Assembly (NCBI GenBank): GCA_030527285.1
Contig: JAUNBC010000002.1
Location: forward strand, 32,466 to 96,465
DNA from: Bacillota bacterium
GTDB taxonomy: Bacteria; Bacillota; Dehalobacteriia; UBA4068
DNA: 64,000 nt
Reading direction: 5' to 3'
In this document: piece by piece, positions 55,203 through 63,198 of the stretch
Layout: the number at the start of each line of letters is the position of its first letter
Numbering within the stretch: position 1 is the stretch's first letter
Notes under the pieces: model-generated
Told to the model about the DNA's origin: nothing
Database searches by the model: none
The model's input: only the letters and a program-made list of their open reading frames with translations
Position numbers and translations under genes: made by a program

Positions 55203-55780
55203 CAGCCGCGCACCCGCCGCAGCAGCGCGTCCAATAGCAGCGCGAAGCACATACCGCTGCCGGAAGCGATGATCGTGGCGGCGATGATAGACTGCGCCTG
55301 CATCGAGCCGGCTGCCGAGCGCAGCGATATCACCAGCGACGGCAGCAGCGTCAGCGACGAGGTATTGAGCGCCAGCAGCGTCACCATCGGCGCGGAGGCG
55401 GTACGTTTGCCGTTGTTCAGCTCACGCAGCTGCTGCATCGCCTTGACGCCGAAGGGCGTAGCCGCATTACCCAGCCCCAGCAGATTGGCCGAGACGTTCA
55501 TCGCTATCGTCGATAATACCGCATGCCCGCGCGGCAGCGAGGGAAACAGCGGCGCCAGCAGCGGCGTCAAGGCGCGCGCCAGCCGCCGGTTCAAACCGGC
55601 GGCCTCGGCGATACGCATTATCCCCATCCACAGGCAGATCATGCCGCAAATGCTCAGCATCAGCGTCACGGCATTATCGGCGGCGGCGAAAGCGGCGGCG
55701 GAGGCCGCGTTGATATCGCCGTTACACGCGGCATAGCAAACGCCGGCTGCGATCAGCGCAAACCAGATCTTATTCAGCAT
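55202..55780 (-). CDS. spmA: Spore maturation protein A
   Basis: 192 aa. MLNKIWFALIAAGV is a typical SpmA N-terminus. Confidence 0.85.
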   Translation of the reverse strand: MLNKIWFALIAAGVCYAACNGDINAASAAAFAAADNAVTLMLSICGMICLWMGIMRIAEAAGLNRRLARALTPLLAPLFPSLPRGHAVLSTIAMNVSANLLGLGNAATPFGVKAMQQLRELNNGKRTASAPMVTLLALNTSSLTLLPSLVISLRSAAGSMQAQSIIAATIIASGSGMCFALLLDALLRRVRG

Positions 55781-55813
55781 AGCATCACCCCTAAAACTGT
55801 ATGCGCGCCGGCA

Positions 55814-55842
55814 ATAAAAAATCCCTGTTCATAGAACGGGGA
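55814..55842 (-). terminator. Intrinsic-terminator-like hairpin between dacB and spmA
   Basis: Minus-strand UCCCCGUUC-UAU-GAACAGGGA (one mismatch) followed by UUUUUUAUUG. Confidence 0.6.
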
Positions 55843-55942
55843 CGCTAACCGTCAATATATCTTCAGCGGGCTGAGAAACGACTGCAAACAGGAACGGACG
55901 AACTTGCGCGAAGCTTATCGACACGCCGTCAGTTGAGAAAGC

Positions 55943-57070
55943 CTACAACAGTATATGTACCAACTTCTGCCAGGCCTCCCGGAACACCAGCCAGAAGGTA
56001 TATACCTGCTGATCGCTGCCAGCGTATACCGGCAGCACGGTCTCGGTGCCGATATTATCGGTATAGGTGACGCTGCCGACCACGGTGGTGGCGGTAAAAG
56101 GCGTGCTGATGGATTGCTCCAGCTCGATCACCGGCTCGGGCGTATACTCGGCGGTGACCGGAATGACGATGGAAGCGTCGCGCGACAGCACCGGCCTGAT
56201 GCTGGAGATCTTGCCGTTTATTACCCTGATCTCGCCGACCACCTCGCCAGCCGGCATGATCTCGACCTGACGGAAGCGCTCAAAGCCATAGTCCATCATC
56301 GCCGTCATCTCGCCGTAATGATCCTCGGAATTGAGCACCACGCCGATCAAACGCATACCGTCGCGCGTGACCGAGGCGGCCAGACAGTTGCCGGCCTGAT
56401 CGGTATAGCCGGTCTTGATGCCGTCCGCGCCCTCGTATTGACTGAGAAAGCGGTTATGATTATATATCTCGCGGTCGAATTCATTGCCCGGCCACGGTAT
56501 ATTCCATGTATCGGTAGCGATCATCACATTGAACTCGGGAATGAACATCGCCTCGCGGCAGATCATCGCCATATCATAGGCGGTGGATTGATGATTGAGC
56601 TGATCAAGGCCATGCGGGTTGGCCCAAACGCTGTCGGTGAGGCCGAGCAGCGCCGTGCGCTCGTTCATCAGCTGCACAAAGGCCGCCTCGGAACCGGCGA
56701 CGCCGATAGCGATAGCCTGCGCCGCGTCATTAGCCGAGCCCAGCAGCAGCGCATACAGCATATCCTCCAGACTATGCGTTTCCCCGGGCTGCAAATAAAT
56801 GCCGCTTTCGCCGACGTTGACAAAATCGTCGGGCAGGGTCAGCGGCTGCGACAGGCTTTGGCTCTCCTCCAAGGCCACCAGGGCGGTCATCACCTTGGTC
56901 AAACTGGCCACCGAGGATACTTGATGCGCGTTCTTCTGATAGAGGACGCGGCCGGTGGCGGCGTCGATCAAGATCGCCGATTGCGCGCCGATCTCAATGG
57001 CGGCGGCAGGAGCCGCCAACCCCAATATCAGAGCAAAGGATAGTATTATCGCCGCAAGACGTTTGCGCAT
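55943..57070 (-). CDS. dacB: D-alanyl-D-alanine carboxypeptidase (S11; sporulation-type DacB)
   Basis: 375 aa from MRKRLAAIILSFALILGLAAPAAA (signal peptide). SLTK active-site motif. GGGAGG SD. The track start at 57334 is over-extended across ytfJ. Confidence 0.88.
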   Translation of the reverse strand: MRKRLAAIILSFALILGLAAPAAAIEIGAQSAILIDAATGRVLYQKNAHQVSSVASLTKVMTALVALEESQSLSQPLTLPDDFVNVGESGIYLQPGETHSLEDMLYALLLGSANDAAQAIAIGVAGSEAAFVQLMNERTALLGLTDSVWANPHGLDQLNHQSTAYDMAMICREAMFIPEFNVMIATDTWNIPWPGNEFDREIYNHNRFLSQYEGADGIKTGYTDQAGNCLAASVTRDGMRLIGVVLNSEDHYGEMTAMMDYGFERFRQVEIMPAGEVVGEIRVINGKISSIRPVLSRDASIVIPVTAEYTPEPVIELEQSISTPFTATTVVGSVTYTDNIGTETVLPVYAGSDQQVYTFWLVFREAWQKLVHILL

Positions 57071-57102
57071 AAGCAATCCTCCCTGCATAATAGTTTCATC
57101 GT

Positions 57103-57134
57103 CAAAAAAAATAATCCTCTTTTTGAGGATTATT
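57103..57134 (-). terminator. Rho-independent terminator overlapping the ytfJ-like stop codon
   Basis: Perfect 10-bp stem AATAATCCTC/GAGGATTATT (57110-19 / 57125-34), with A/T runs on both sides. Confidence 0.85.
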
Positions 57135-57498
57135 TTTTGCATTTTTGCAGCAGGGCTTGCAGCTGTTCGGTCAATTGGGGTATCGCCTCGATAGCGCGGT
57201 CGAAAGGCGTCGCCCCCGCTACCGGTATCAGCCGCACCTGCTCGCCGCAGATGACGATGAAGCCCACCGGCGCTACCGCCAGCCCCGCTCCCGAACCGCC
57301 GACAAAGGGCGGTTGCTCCGACTTGCTCGCGCATTCGCCGCCTCCCGCGACAAAGCCGCAGCTCACCCGCGATATCGGCACTACCGCTACGCCGTTATCG
57401 CTCTCGATGATATCGCCGACAATAGTGTTGACGTCAACCATTTGCCGAAGTGAGCTCATCGCTGTTTCCATCAATTCCCTGATCTGTTGTTCCGCCAT
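57130..57498 (-). CDS. ytfJ: GerW/YtfJ family sporulation protein
   Basis: 122 aa. QQIRELMETAMSSLRQMVDVNTIVGDII aligns with B. subtilis YtfJ HPIQGLMKTAMENLKEMIDVNTIIGDPV. GGAAGGAG SD. Confidence 0.85.
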   Translation of the reverse strand: MAEQQIRELMETAMSSLRQMVDVNTIVGDIIESDNGVAVVPISRVSCGFVAGGGECASKSEQPPFVGGSGAGLAVAPVGFIVICGEQVRLIPVAGATPFDRAIEAIPQLTEQLQALLQKCKK

Positions 57499-57976
57499 TT
57501 TTTCCGCTCCTTCCGCCGCGTATGCCGCTGATGATAATATTGCCGACATTGACCGCCGCTATACATTGTAGTCGGGTGCGCGACGCGGAAAAATCCACGT
57601 CCACGCAAAACCTGTCCGCCGCCGTCACCTTGCGCCCCAGCCCCGCGTAAGCCGCGCCCAGCGCGCCCCGCAACGCGCCGCCGAGCAGCGCCGCCTGCGC
57701 CGGGTATTCGCTGCCGCCCAAACGCAGCTCAAAGCGCAGTATGGCTGCGCGCCGCAGCAGCAGCGGCAGCATCCGCAGCAGCCGCTGCGCCGACCAAACG
57801 TCAAGCGCGCGCCTGGCGTCGTCGTCTACCGTCCGCACGGACAGCCGGCGGCTGCGATAGCCGCCGCAAATGCGGATCAGCCAATAGCAGCGCCACACGC
57901 CGTCATAGTCGACGCGCAGGCCGAGCGGATAATTCCAGATAAACAGCAGCAGCATCGCCATTACCGCGATCAGCAT
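57434..57976 (-). CDS. DUF2953 (YtfI-like) sporulation-associated protein
   Basis: 180 aa from MLIAVMAM (ATG with GAGGAG SD; the track TTG start at 57982 is less likely). The 3' end overlaps ytfJ by 65 nt. Confidence 0.65.
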   Translation of the reverse strand: MLIAVMAMLLLFIWNYPLGLRVDYDGVWRCYWLIRICGGYRSRRLSVRTVDDDARRALDVWSAQRLLRMLPLLLRRAAILRFELRLGGSEYPAQAALLGGALRGALGAAYAGLGRKVTAADRFCVDVDFSASRTRLQCIAAVNVGNIIISGIRGGRSGKNGGTTDQGIDGNSDELTSANG

Positions 57977-58003
57977 ACGCAACTCCTCGATCGACTGTGC
58001 AAT

Positions 58004-58044
58004 AAAAAAACCGTCCGCCGGTATATTTTACCACCGGCGAACGG
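58004..58044 (-). terminator. Rho-independent terminator after greA
   Basis: CCGTCCGCCGGT / ACCGGCGAACGG 12-bp stem (one mismatch) followed on the minus strand by TTTTTTTATT. Confidence 0.8.
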
Positions 58045-58080
58045 TTTTATACTTATTCTAAAAGACGTTAATGGCAGCGT

Positions 58081-58557
58081 TTATTTTTTGATATCCTTGA
58101 TCTTGAATTTGATCACGCCCGACGGCGCGTACACCTCCACAGTTTCCCCGATGGCATGACCGAGTATCGCCTTGCCCACCGGCGATTCATTGGAGATCTT
58201 GTTCTCAAACGGTTTGGCCTCCACCGAGCCGACGATCTGGAATTCCAGCGTTTCCTTGGTGGCGGTATTCTGCACCTTGACCGTAGAGTACTCGGAGACC
58301 ACGTCGATATCGACATTGGACGAATCGACGATGCGGGCGTTTTTCAGCTGTTTTTCTAAATTGAGTATTTGCCCCTCGATAAAAGCCTGCTCGTTCTTGG
58401 CGTCCTCATACTCGGAGTTTTCCGAGATATCGCCGAATTCTATCGCCTGCTTGATGCGCAGCGCGACTTCCTTACGGCGCACGGTTTTCAGGTTATCGAG
58501 ATCCTGCTCCATTTGTTTCAGGCCCTCGATCGTCATCAGTACCTCTTGCTCGGCCAT
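58081..58557 (-). CDS. greA: Transcription elongation factor GreA
   Basis: 158 aa from MAEQEVLMTIEGLKQMEQDLDNLK. The second ATG fits the GGAAGGTGG SD. Confidence 0.93.
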   Translation of the reverse strand: MAEQEVLMTIEGLKQMEQDLDNLKTVRRKEVALRIKQAIEFGDISENSEYEDAKNEQAFIEGQILNLEKQLKNARIVDSSNVDIDVVSEYSTVKVQNTATKETLEFQIVGSVEAKPFENKISNESPVGKAILGHAIGETVEVYAPSGVIKFKIKDIKK

Positions 58558-58633
58558 GATCATCCCACCTTCCGTTTTTTGACTTCATAAGTGTATGCCG
58601 TAAACGGCGTTTTGTCAAGCAAAACTGCTGTGT

Positions 58634-59119
58634 TTATATATCTATATAGCTGACGCTGTTGCCGTTGGCTTGCACGTAGCGCAGCAGCTCGGCAAAGCTC
58701 AACCACACGGTAGCGGTATTATCATTGGGATGCACGCCCAATTTCTCGCTATCGCGCAGCTCGCTGTCGAATACCACCTCTACCGCCGCCTCCCTGTCGT
58801 TGACCACGCCCAACGGCGTGACCTCGCCCTGCGTCAGGCCGAGATACTTTTGCAGCCGCTCCGCCGAGGCAAAGCTGAGATGCGAGGCCTCCAGCGCCGC
58901 GCCGATATGCTTGAGGTCGGCGCGTTTATCTTTACCCAGCACCAGCAGAAAATGGCGCTTGCCTTTAGCGTCGCGCAAAAATAAATTTTTCACTACCTCT
59001 CCCTCGGCGGTGATACCGAGCGCGTCCATCTCCTCTATCGTATATACCGCCGGATGCTCGGTGAGCGTATAGCTGATACCCAGCTCCGCTAATTTAGCTA
59101 ATGCCGTTTGTCTGCTCAT
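58634..59119 (-). CDS. YbaK/ProX-family aminoacyl-tRNA trans-editing domain protein
   Basis: 161 aa from MSRQTALAKLAELGISYTLTEHPAVYTIEEM. KNLFLRD and GEVTPLG motifs. GGAGG SD. The start lies 26 nt inside the dus 3' end. Confidence 0.8.
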   Translation of the reverse strand: MSRQTALAKLAELGISYTLTEHPAVYTIEEMDALGITAEGEVVKNLFLRDAKGKRHFLLVLGKDKRADLKHIGAALEASHLSFASAERLQKYLGLTQGEVTPLGVVNDREAAVEVVFDSELRDSEKLGVHPNDNTATVWLSFAELLRYVQANGNSVSYIDI

Positions 59120-60134
59120 ATTGCCTGTCCTCCATATATTTTCGAAATTCCTCTTCGACCTCGGCCACGGTGTCCAATTGATTGAGCCGCGCCCTGAGCG
59201 CCGCCGCGCCGCGCAGCCCCTTGACATACCAGCCGAGATGATTGCGCATCAGGTGCACCGCGTATTTCTCCGCCTGCCGCAGCGTCGCCGCGTCGTCGCG
59301 CCCCTCGCGCCGGCGGAACCAATAGACGCTTGATTCACGCTGCCGCCGCAGATGCTCCGCGGCCTGCGCGATAATGATCTCCGGCGCGGGGCGGCCCCGC
59401 GCCGGCCGGCCGTCAAGCTCGTCTCTGATCCTGCCGAACAGCCACGGGTCGCCAAGCATCGCCCGCCCGATCATCAGCGCGTCGCAGCCGCTTTGCTCAT
59501 AGGCGGCTCGCGCCGCCGCCGCGCTGCCGATATCGCCGTTGCCGATCACGGGTATGCCCACCGCCGCCTTGACCGCCGCGATAGCCCGCCAATCGGCGCG
59601 GCCGCCGTACATCTGCTCGCGATAGCGGCCATGCACCGCCACGGCCGCCGCGCCGGCCTGCTCGGCCATACGGGCAAAGTCCTCGGCATTATGCTCGGCC
59701 GCGCTCCAGCCGAGGCGCATTTTCACCGTCACCGGCAAACCTGCGCCGCGCGCCGCCGCGATCAACTCAGCCGCCAGACGCTGCTTGCGCATCAGCAGAC
59801 AGCCTTCGCCGTTATTCACTACCTTGGGCGCGGGACAGCCCATGTTCAGGTCGATGACGTTCGCGCCCAAATGCGCCGCCGCCGCAGCCGCCTCAGCGAT
59901 ATACTGCGGCTCGGAGCCGCTCAACTGCACCACCACCGGCGCGGCCTCGCCGGCAATATCCAGCAGCTCCCAGGTGCGCTTATTGCCGTAGGCCATGGCG
60001 CGCGCCGACACCATCTCGCCATAGGCGATATCCGCTCCCGCCGCGCGCACGATATCGCGGAACACGCGGCTGCTGATACCGGCCATCGGCGCGGCGATCA
60101 ATGCGCCGCTGATCACGGGCAGCGCTGCCGTCAT
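59094..60134 (-). CDS. dusB: tRNA-dihydrouridine synthase
   Basis: 346 aa. APMAGISSRVFRDI, DLNMGCPAPKV and VTVKMRLG TIM-barrel Dus motifs. ATGA overlap with comM. Confidence 0.9.
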   Translation of the reverse strand: MTAALPVISGALIAAPMAGISSRVFRDIVRAAGADIAYGEMVSARAMAYGNKRTWELLDIAGEAAPVVVQLSGSEPQYIAEAAAAAAHLGANVIDLNMGCPAPKVVNNGEGCLLMRKQRLAAELIAAARGAGLPVTVKMRLGWSAAEHNAEDFARMAEQAGAAAVAVHGRYREQMYGGRADWRAIAAVKAAVGIPVIGNGDIGSAAAARAAYEQSGCDALMIGRAMLGDPWLFGRIRDELDGRPARGRPAPEIIIAQAAEHLRRQRESSVYWFRRREGRDDAATLRQAEKYAVHLMRNHLGWYVKGLRGAAALRARLNQLDTVAEVEEEFRKYMEDRQYEQTNGIS

Positions 60135-61666
60135 TGTTCTCTGTCCAGCGAGCGGTATTGTATGGCCTCGGCCAAATGCTCGGCGGCGATCTGCTCGCAG
60201 CCGGCCAGATCGGCAATGGTACGCGCCACCTTGAGCACGCGGTCATGGGCGCGGGCGCTCATCTTCAGGCGCGAGAAAGCCTCGGCGAGCAGCATATTCG
60301 CCTGGCCGTCGATCTGGCAGCAGGCCAAAAGCTGCTTGCGCTCCATCTGCGCATTGACCGTGCAGCCGCTGCCGGCAAAGCGCCGCATTTGTATTTGCCG
60401 CGCCGCCAGCACGCGCGCGCGGACGGCGGCGGAGCTCTCCTCAGCCGCGCCGGCGCCGGATATTTCCTTATAATTGACGCGCGGCACGTCGATATGCAGG
60501 TCGATGCGGTCGAGCAGCGGTCCGGAGATGCGCTGCAAATAGCGCTGTCTGGCATAAGGCGTGCAGCTGCAATTCTTCAGGCTATCGCCGTAATAGCCGC
60601 ATGGACATGGATTCATGGCTCCCACTAACTGAAAGCGCGCCGGATAGGTGATACGCGCCTGCACCCGCGCCACGGTGACGATATTATCCTCCAGCGGCTG
60701 ACGCAGCGCCTCCAAAACATCGCGCGCAAACTCCGGCAGCTCATCCATGAACAGCACGCCGTGGCAAGCCAGGCTGATCTCGCCCGGACGCGGCGCAGCG
60801 CCGCCGCCGATAATGCTCGCGCCCGACGCGCCATGATGCGGCGCGCGGAAGGGGCGGCGCGTCAGCAGCGGCTGATCTTTAGGCAGCAGCCCCGATATCG
60901 AATAGATCTTGGTAACTTCCATGGCCTCTTGCAGCGTCAGCGCCGGTAAGATGCCGGGCAGGCGTTTGGCCAGCATCGTCTTGCCGGAGCCGGGCGCGCC
61001 GATCAGCAGTATATTATGCCCGCCGGCTGCCGCCACCTCCAGAGCGCGTTTGACGCCCGGCTGCCCCTTGACGTCGCTGAAATCAAGCGCGTCGGCGGTG
61101 TCGGCGGCGGCAAAATACTTGGCTATATCAGCATTTTGCGGCGGCAGTTCCAGCGCGCCGCATAATACTTCGGTCAGCTGTCTGAGCGAGCTGACGCCGT
61201 ACACGTCCATCCCGCCGGCCAAGGCCGCTTCCTCGGCATTCTCCGCCGGTAAATAGAGGCTGCCTATGCCCTCCGTCTGCCGCAGATGATCGGCCATCGA
61301 CAAACTGCCGGTGACCGCGCGTACCGCGCCGTCCAGGCTCAGCTCGCCGATGATCGCCGCCTCGCCAAGCCGTGCGGCGTCGATCTGCCCGGTAGCGGCA
61401 AGGATGCCGACGGCGATCGGCAGGTCGTAGAGCGCGCCCTCTTTTTTGATATCGGCGGGAGCGAGATTGACGGTGATACGGCGCAGCGGAAATTCAAAGC
61501 CGGAATTCTTGATCGCCGAGCGCACGCGCTCGCGGCTTTCGCGTACCGCGGCGTCCGGCAGGCCAACGATCTCGAAAGCCGCCAGGCCGGTATTAACGTC
61601 CACCTCTACCATCAGTTTATAGCCATCCAGCCCGTACACGGCGCAGCTATTGATGATCGCCAGCAT
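60131..61666 (-). CDS. comM: YifB/ComM family Mg-chelatase-like ATPase
   Basis: 511 aa. Lon-protease-like N-terminal domain, GAPGSGKTMLAKRL Walker A and C-terminal ChlI domain. Confidence 0.9.
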   Translation of the reverse strand: MLAIINSCAVYGLDGYKLMVEVDVNTGLAAFEIVGLPDAAVRESRERVRSAIKNSGFEFPLRRITVNLAPADIKKEGALYDLPIAVGILAATGQIDAARLGEAAIIGELSLDGAVRAVTGSLSMADHLRQTEGIGSLYLPAENAEEAALAGGMDVYGVSSLRQLTEVLCGALELPPQNADIAKYFAAADTADALDFSDVKGQPGVKRALEVAAAGGHNILLIGAPGSGKTMLAKRLPGILPALTLQEAMEVTKIYSISGLLPKDQPLLTRRPFRAPHHGASGASIIGGGAAPRPGEISLACHGVLFMDELPEFARDVLEALRQPLEDNIVTVARVQARITYPARFQLVGAMNPCPCGYYGDSLKNCSCTPYARQRYLQRISGPLLDRIDLHIDVPRVNYKEISGAGAAEESSAAVRARVLAARQIQMRRFAGSGCTVNAQMERKQLLACCQIDGQANMLLAEAFSRLKMSARAHDRVLKVARTIADLAGCEQIAAEHLAEAIQYRSLDREQ

Positions 61667-61744
61667 CGCTTGCCCTCCAACTCGTTAACACGGCAGTATC
61701 CCGTTCAATATTAAAAAATTCGGCAAGTTTATAGCTTTACCTGC

Positions 61745-61773
61745 TTGTAATCGGCGGCCAAGTATATTAGAAT
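61745..61773 (+). promoter_or_regulatory. Sigma-A-type promoter for the DUF1015 gene (-35 TTGTAA, 17 nt, -10 TAGAAT)
   Basis: TTGTAAtcggcggccaagtatatTAGAAT. Confidence 0.5.
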
Positions 61774-61816
61774 AGTTTAAGGCTCGATATGCCTATTTTT
61801 GTTTGGAGGATAAAAA

Positions 61817-63127
61817 ATGGCAGACATCAAAGCATTCTCCGCATACCGCTATGCGCCGCAGCTGCCGATCGCGGATCTGATCACCCAGCCCTATGACGTC
61901 ATCAGCCCCGAGCAGCAGCAGGCCTATTATCATCGTCATGCGTATAATATCATCCGTCTCGAATATGGCATGGCGAATGAGCAGGATAACGATGAAAACA
62001 ACGTCTACTCCCGCGCCGCCGCTAACTTTGCCGATTGGCAGGCCGGCGGCATACTGCTGCGCGACCCGCAGCCGGCCTTTTACCTCTACTGTCAGGAATT
62101 CGCTGTGCATGACGACCATTACCGCCGCAGCGGTTTCCTCGCCACGCTCAAGGCCAACGGCTATGACGACGGCTGGGTGACGCCGCATGAGCAAACGCTG
62201 CCCAAGCATAAGGCCGACCGCCTGCAACTGATGCATAGCACCCGCGCCAATTTCTCGCCCATTTTCGGCCTCTATGCCGACGAACAGCGCGCGGTCGATA
62301 TACTGCTGCGCGAAGCCGCCGAGGCGCGCGGCGACGCTGCCATCGACTTTGTCGATGATAACGGCGTCCGTCATCTGCTGTGGAGGATCGACGATCCGGC
62401 TATCGTCGCCGCAATAGAAGCAAAAATGGCCGCACAGAAGATCTATATCGCCGACGGCCATCACCGCTACGAAACGGCCTCGCTGTTCGCCCAGCAAATG
62501 CGCGAGCAGGGCGTTGGCGATTGCGATTATATCATGATCAATCTCGTCAATCTCTATGACCCGGGGCTGGTGGTGCTGCCCTTCCACCGTATCGTCAAAA
62601 ATCTGCCCGCTTTCTCGGCCGAGGAATTGACGCGGCAATTACATATCAGCGATTTCAATATCATCAATATCTCACAAGGCAGCCGCGCCGCCGACCGCGA
62701 GCATCTGTTGCAAAAACTGGCTGACGCGGATAGCGACGACATGGCTTGCGGACTGTATACCGGCGGGCAGTATTATCTGATAAAGCTGAACAAGCAGGCG
62801 GCCTCTATCGCCGCCGCGCTGCCGGAGCTGGATCCGGCAGCGCGCCGTCTCGACGTCAATATCATCCATAAGCTGCTGCTGGAGGATATTTGCGGCATCA
62901 GCCCCGAAGACGTGGCGGGCTGCAATTTCGTCGATTACAGCAGCGATTATCAGCAGGCCTGCGCCATGGTCGACGACGGCAGCCATCAATTCGCGCTGCT
63001 GCTCAACCCCACCAAGGTGCGTGAGCTGATCGAGATTGCCGACGCCAGGCAGAAAATGCCGCAGAAATCGACCTGCTTTTTCCCCAAGGTGATCGCCGGT
63101 TTGACGATCAATAAGTTAGAAAAATAG
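61817..63127 (+). CDS. DUF1015 domain-containing protein
   Basis: 436 aa. MADIKAFSAYRYAPQ...ITQPYDVIS and IADGHHRYETA motifs typical of DUF1015. GGAGGA SD. Confidence 0.8.
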   Translation: MADIKAFSAYRYAPQLPIADLITQPYDVISPEQQQAYYHRHAYNIIRLEYGMANEQDNDENNVYSRAAANFADWQAGGILLRDPQPAFYLYCQEFAVHDDHYRRSGFLATLKANGYDDGWVTPHEQTLPKHKADRLQLMHSTRANFSPIFGLYADEQRAVDILLREAAEARGDAAIDFVDDNGVRHLLWRIDDPAIVAAIEAKMAAQKIYIADGHHRYETASLFAQQMREQGVGDCDYIMINLVNLYDPGLVVLPFHRIVKNLPAFSAEELTRQLHISDFNIINISQGSRAADREHLLQKLADADSDDMACGLYTGGQYYLIKLNKQAASIAAALPELDPAARRLDVNIIHKLLLEDICGISPEDVAGCNFVDYSSDYQQACAMVDDGSHQFALLLNPTKVRELIEIADARQKMPQKSTCFFPKVIAGLTINKLEK

Positions 63128-63144
63128 CACCCATTCAGATACGC

Positions 63145-63181
63145 AAAAAAGCGGCGGAGACGAACTCTCCGCCGCTTTTGT
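63145..63181. terminator. Bidirectional rho-independent terminator (convergent DUF1015 and nifS genes)
   Basis: GCGGCGGAGA-CGAAC-TCTCCGCCGC perfect 10-bp stem flanked by AAAAAA and TTTTG. Confidence 0.88.
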
Positions 63182-63198
63182 CTGCCCATAAGCAAAGC

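Noticed and set aside
55943-57334. Track ORFs with long N-terminal extensions. Examples: dacB to 57334, frr to 9859, spoIIIAE to 41192, the YbaK-like gene to 59227, the AbrB-like gene from 49469, and rplS to 44869.
   Set aside because: The extensions overlap upstream genes or terminators, lack an SD, and precede internal Met codons that have strong SDs and match homolog N-termini. Starts were re-set accordingly.
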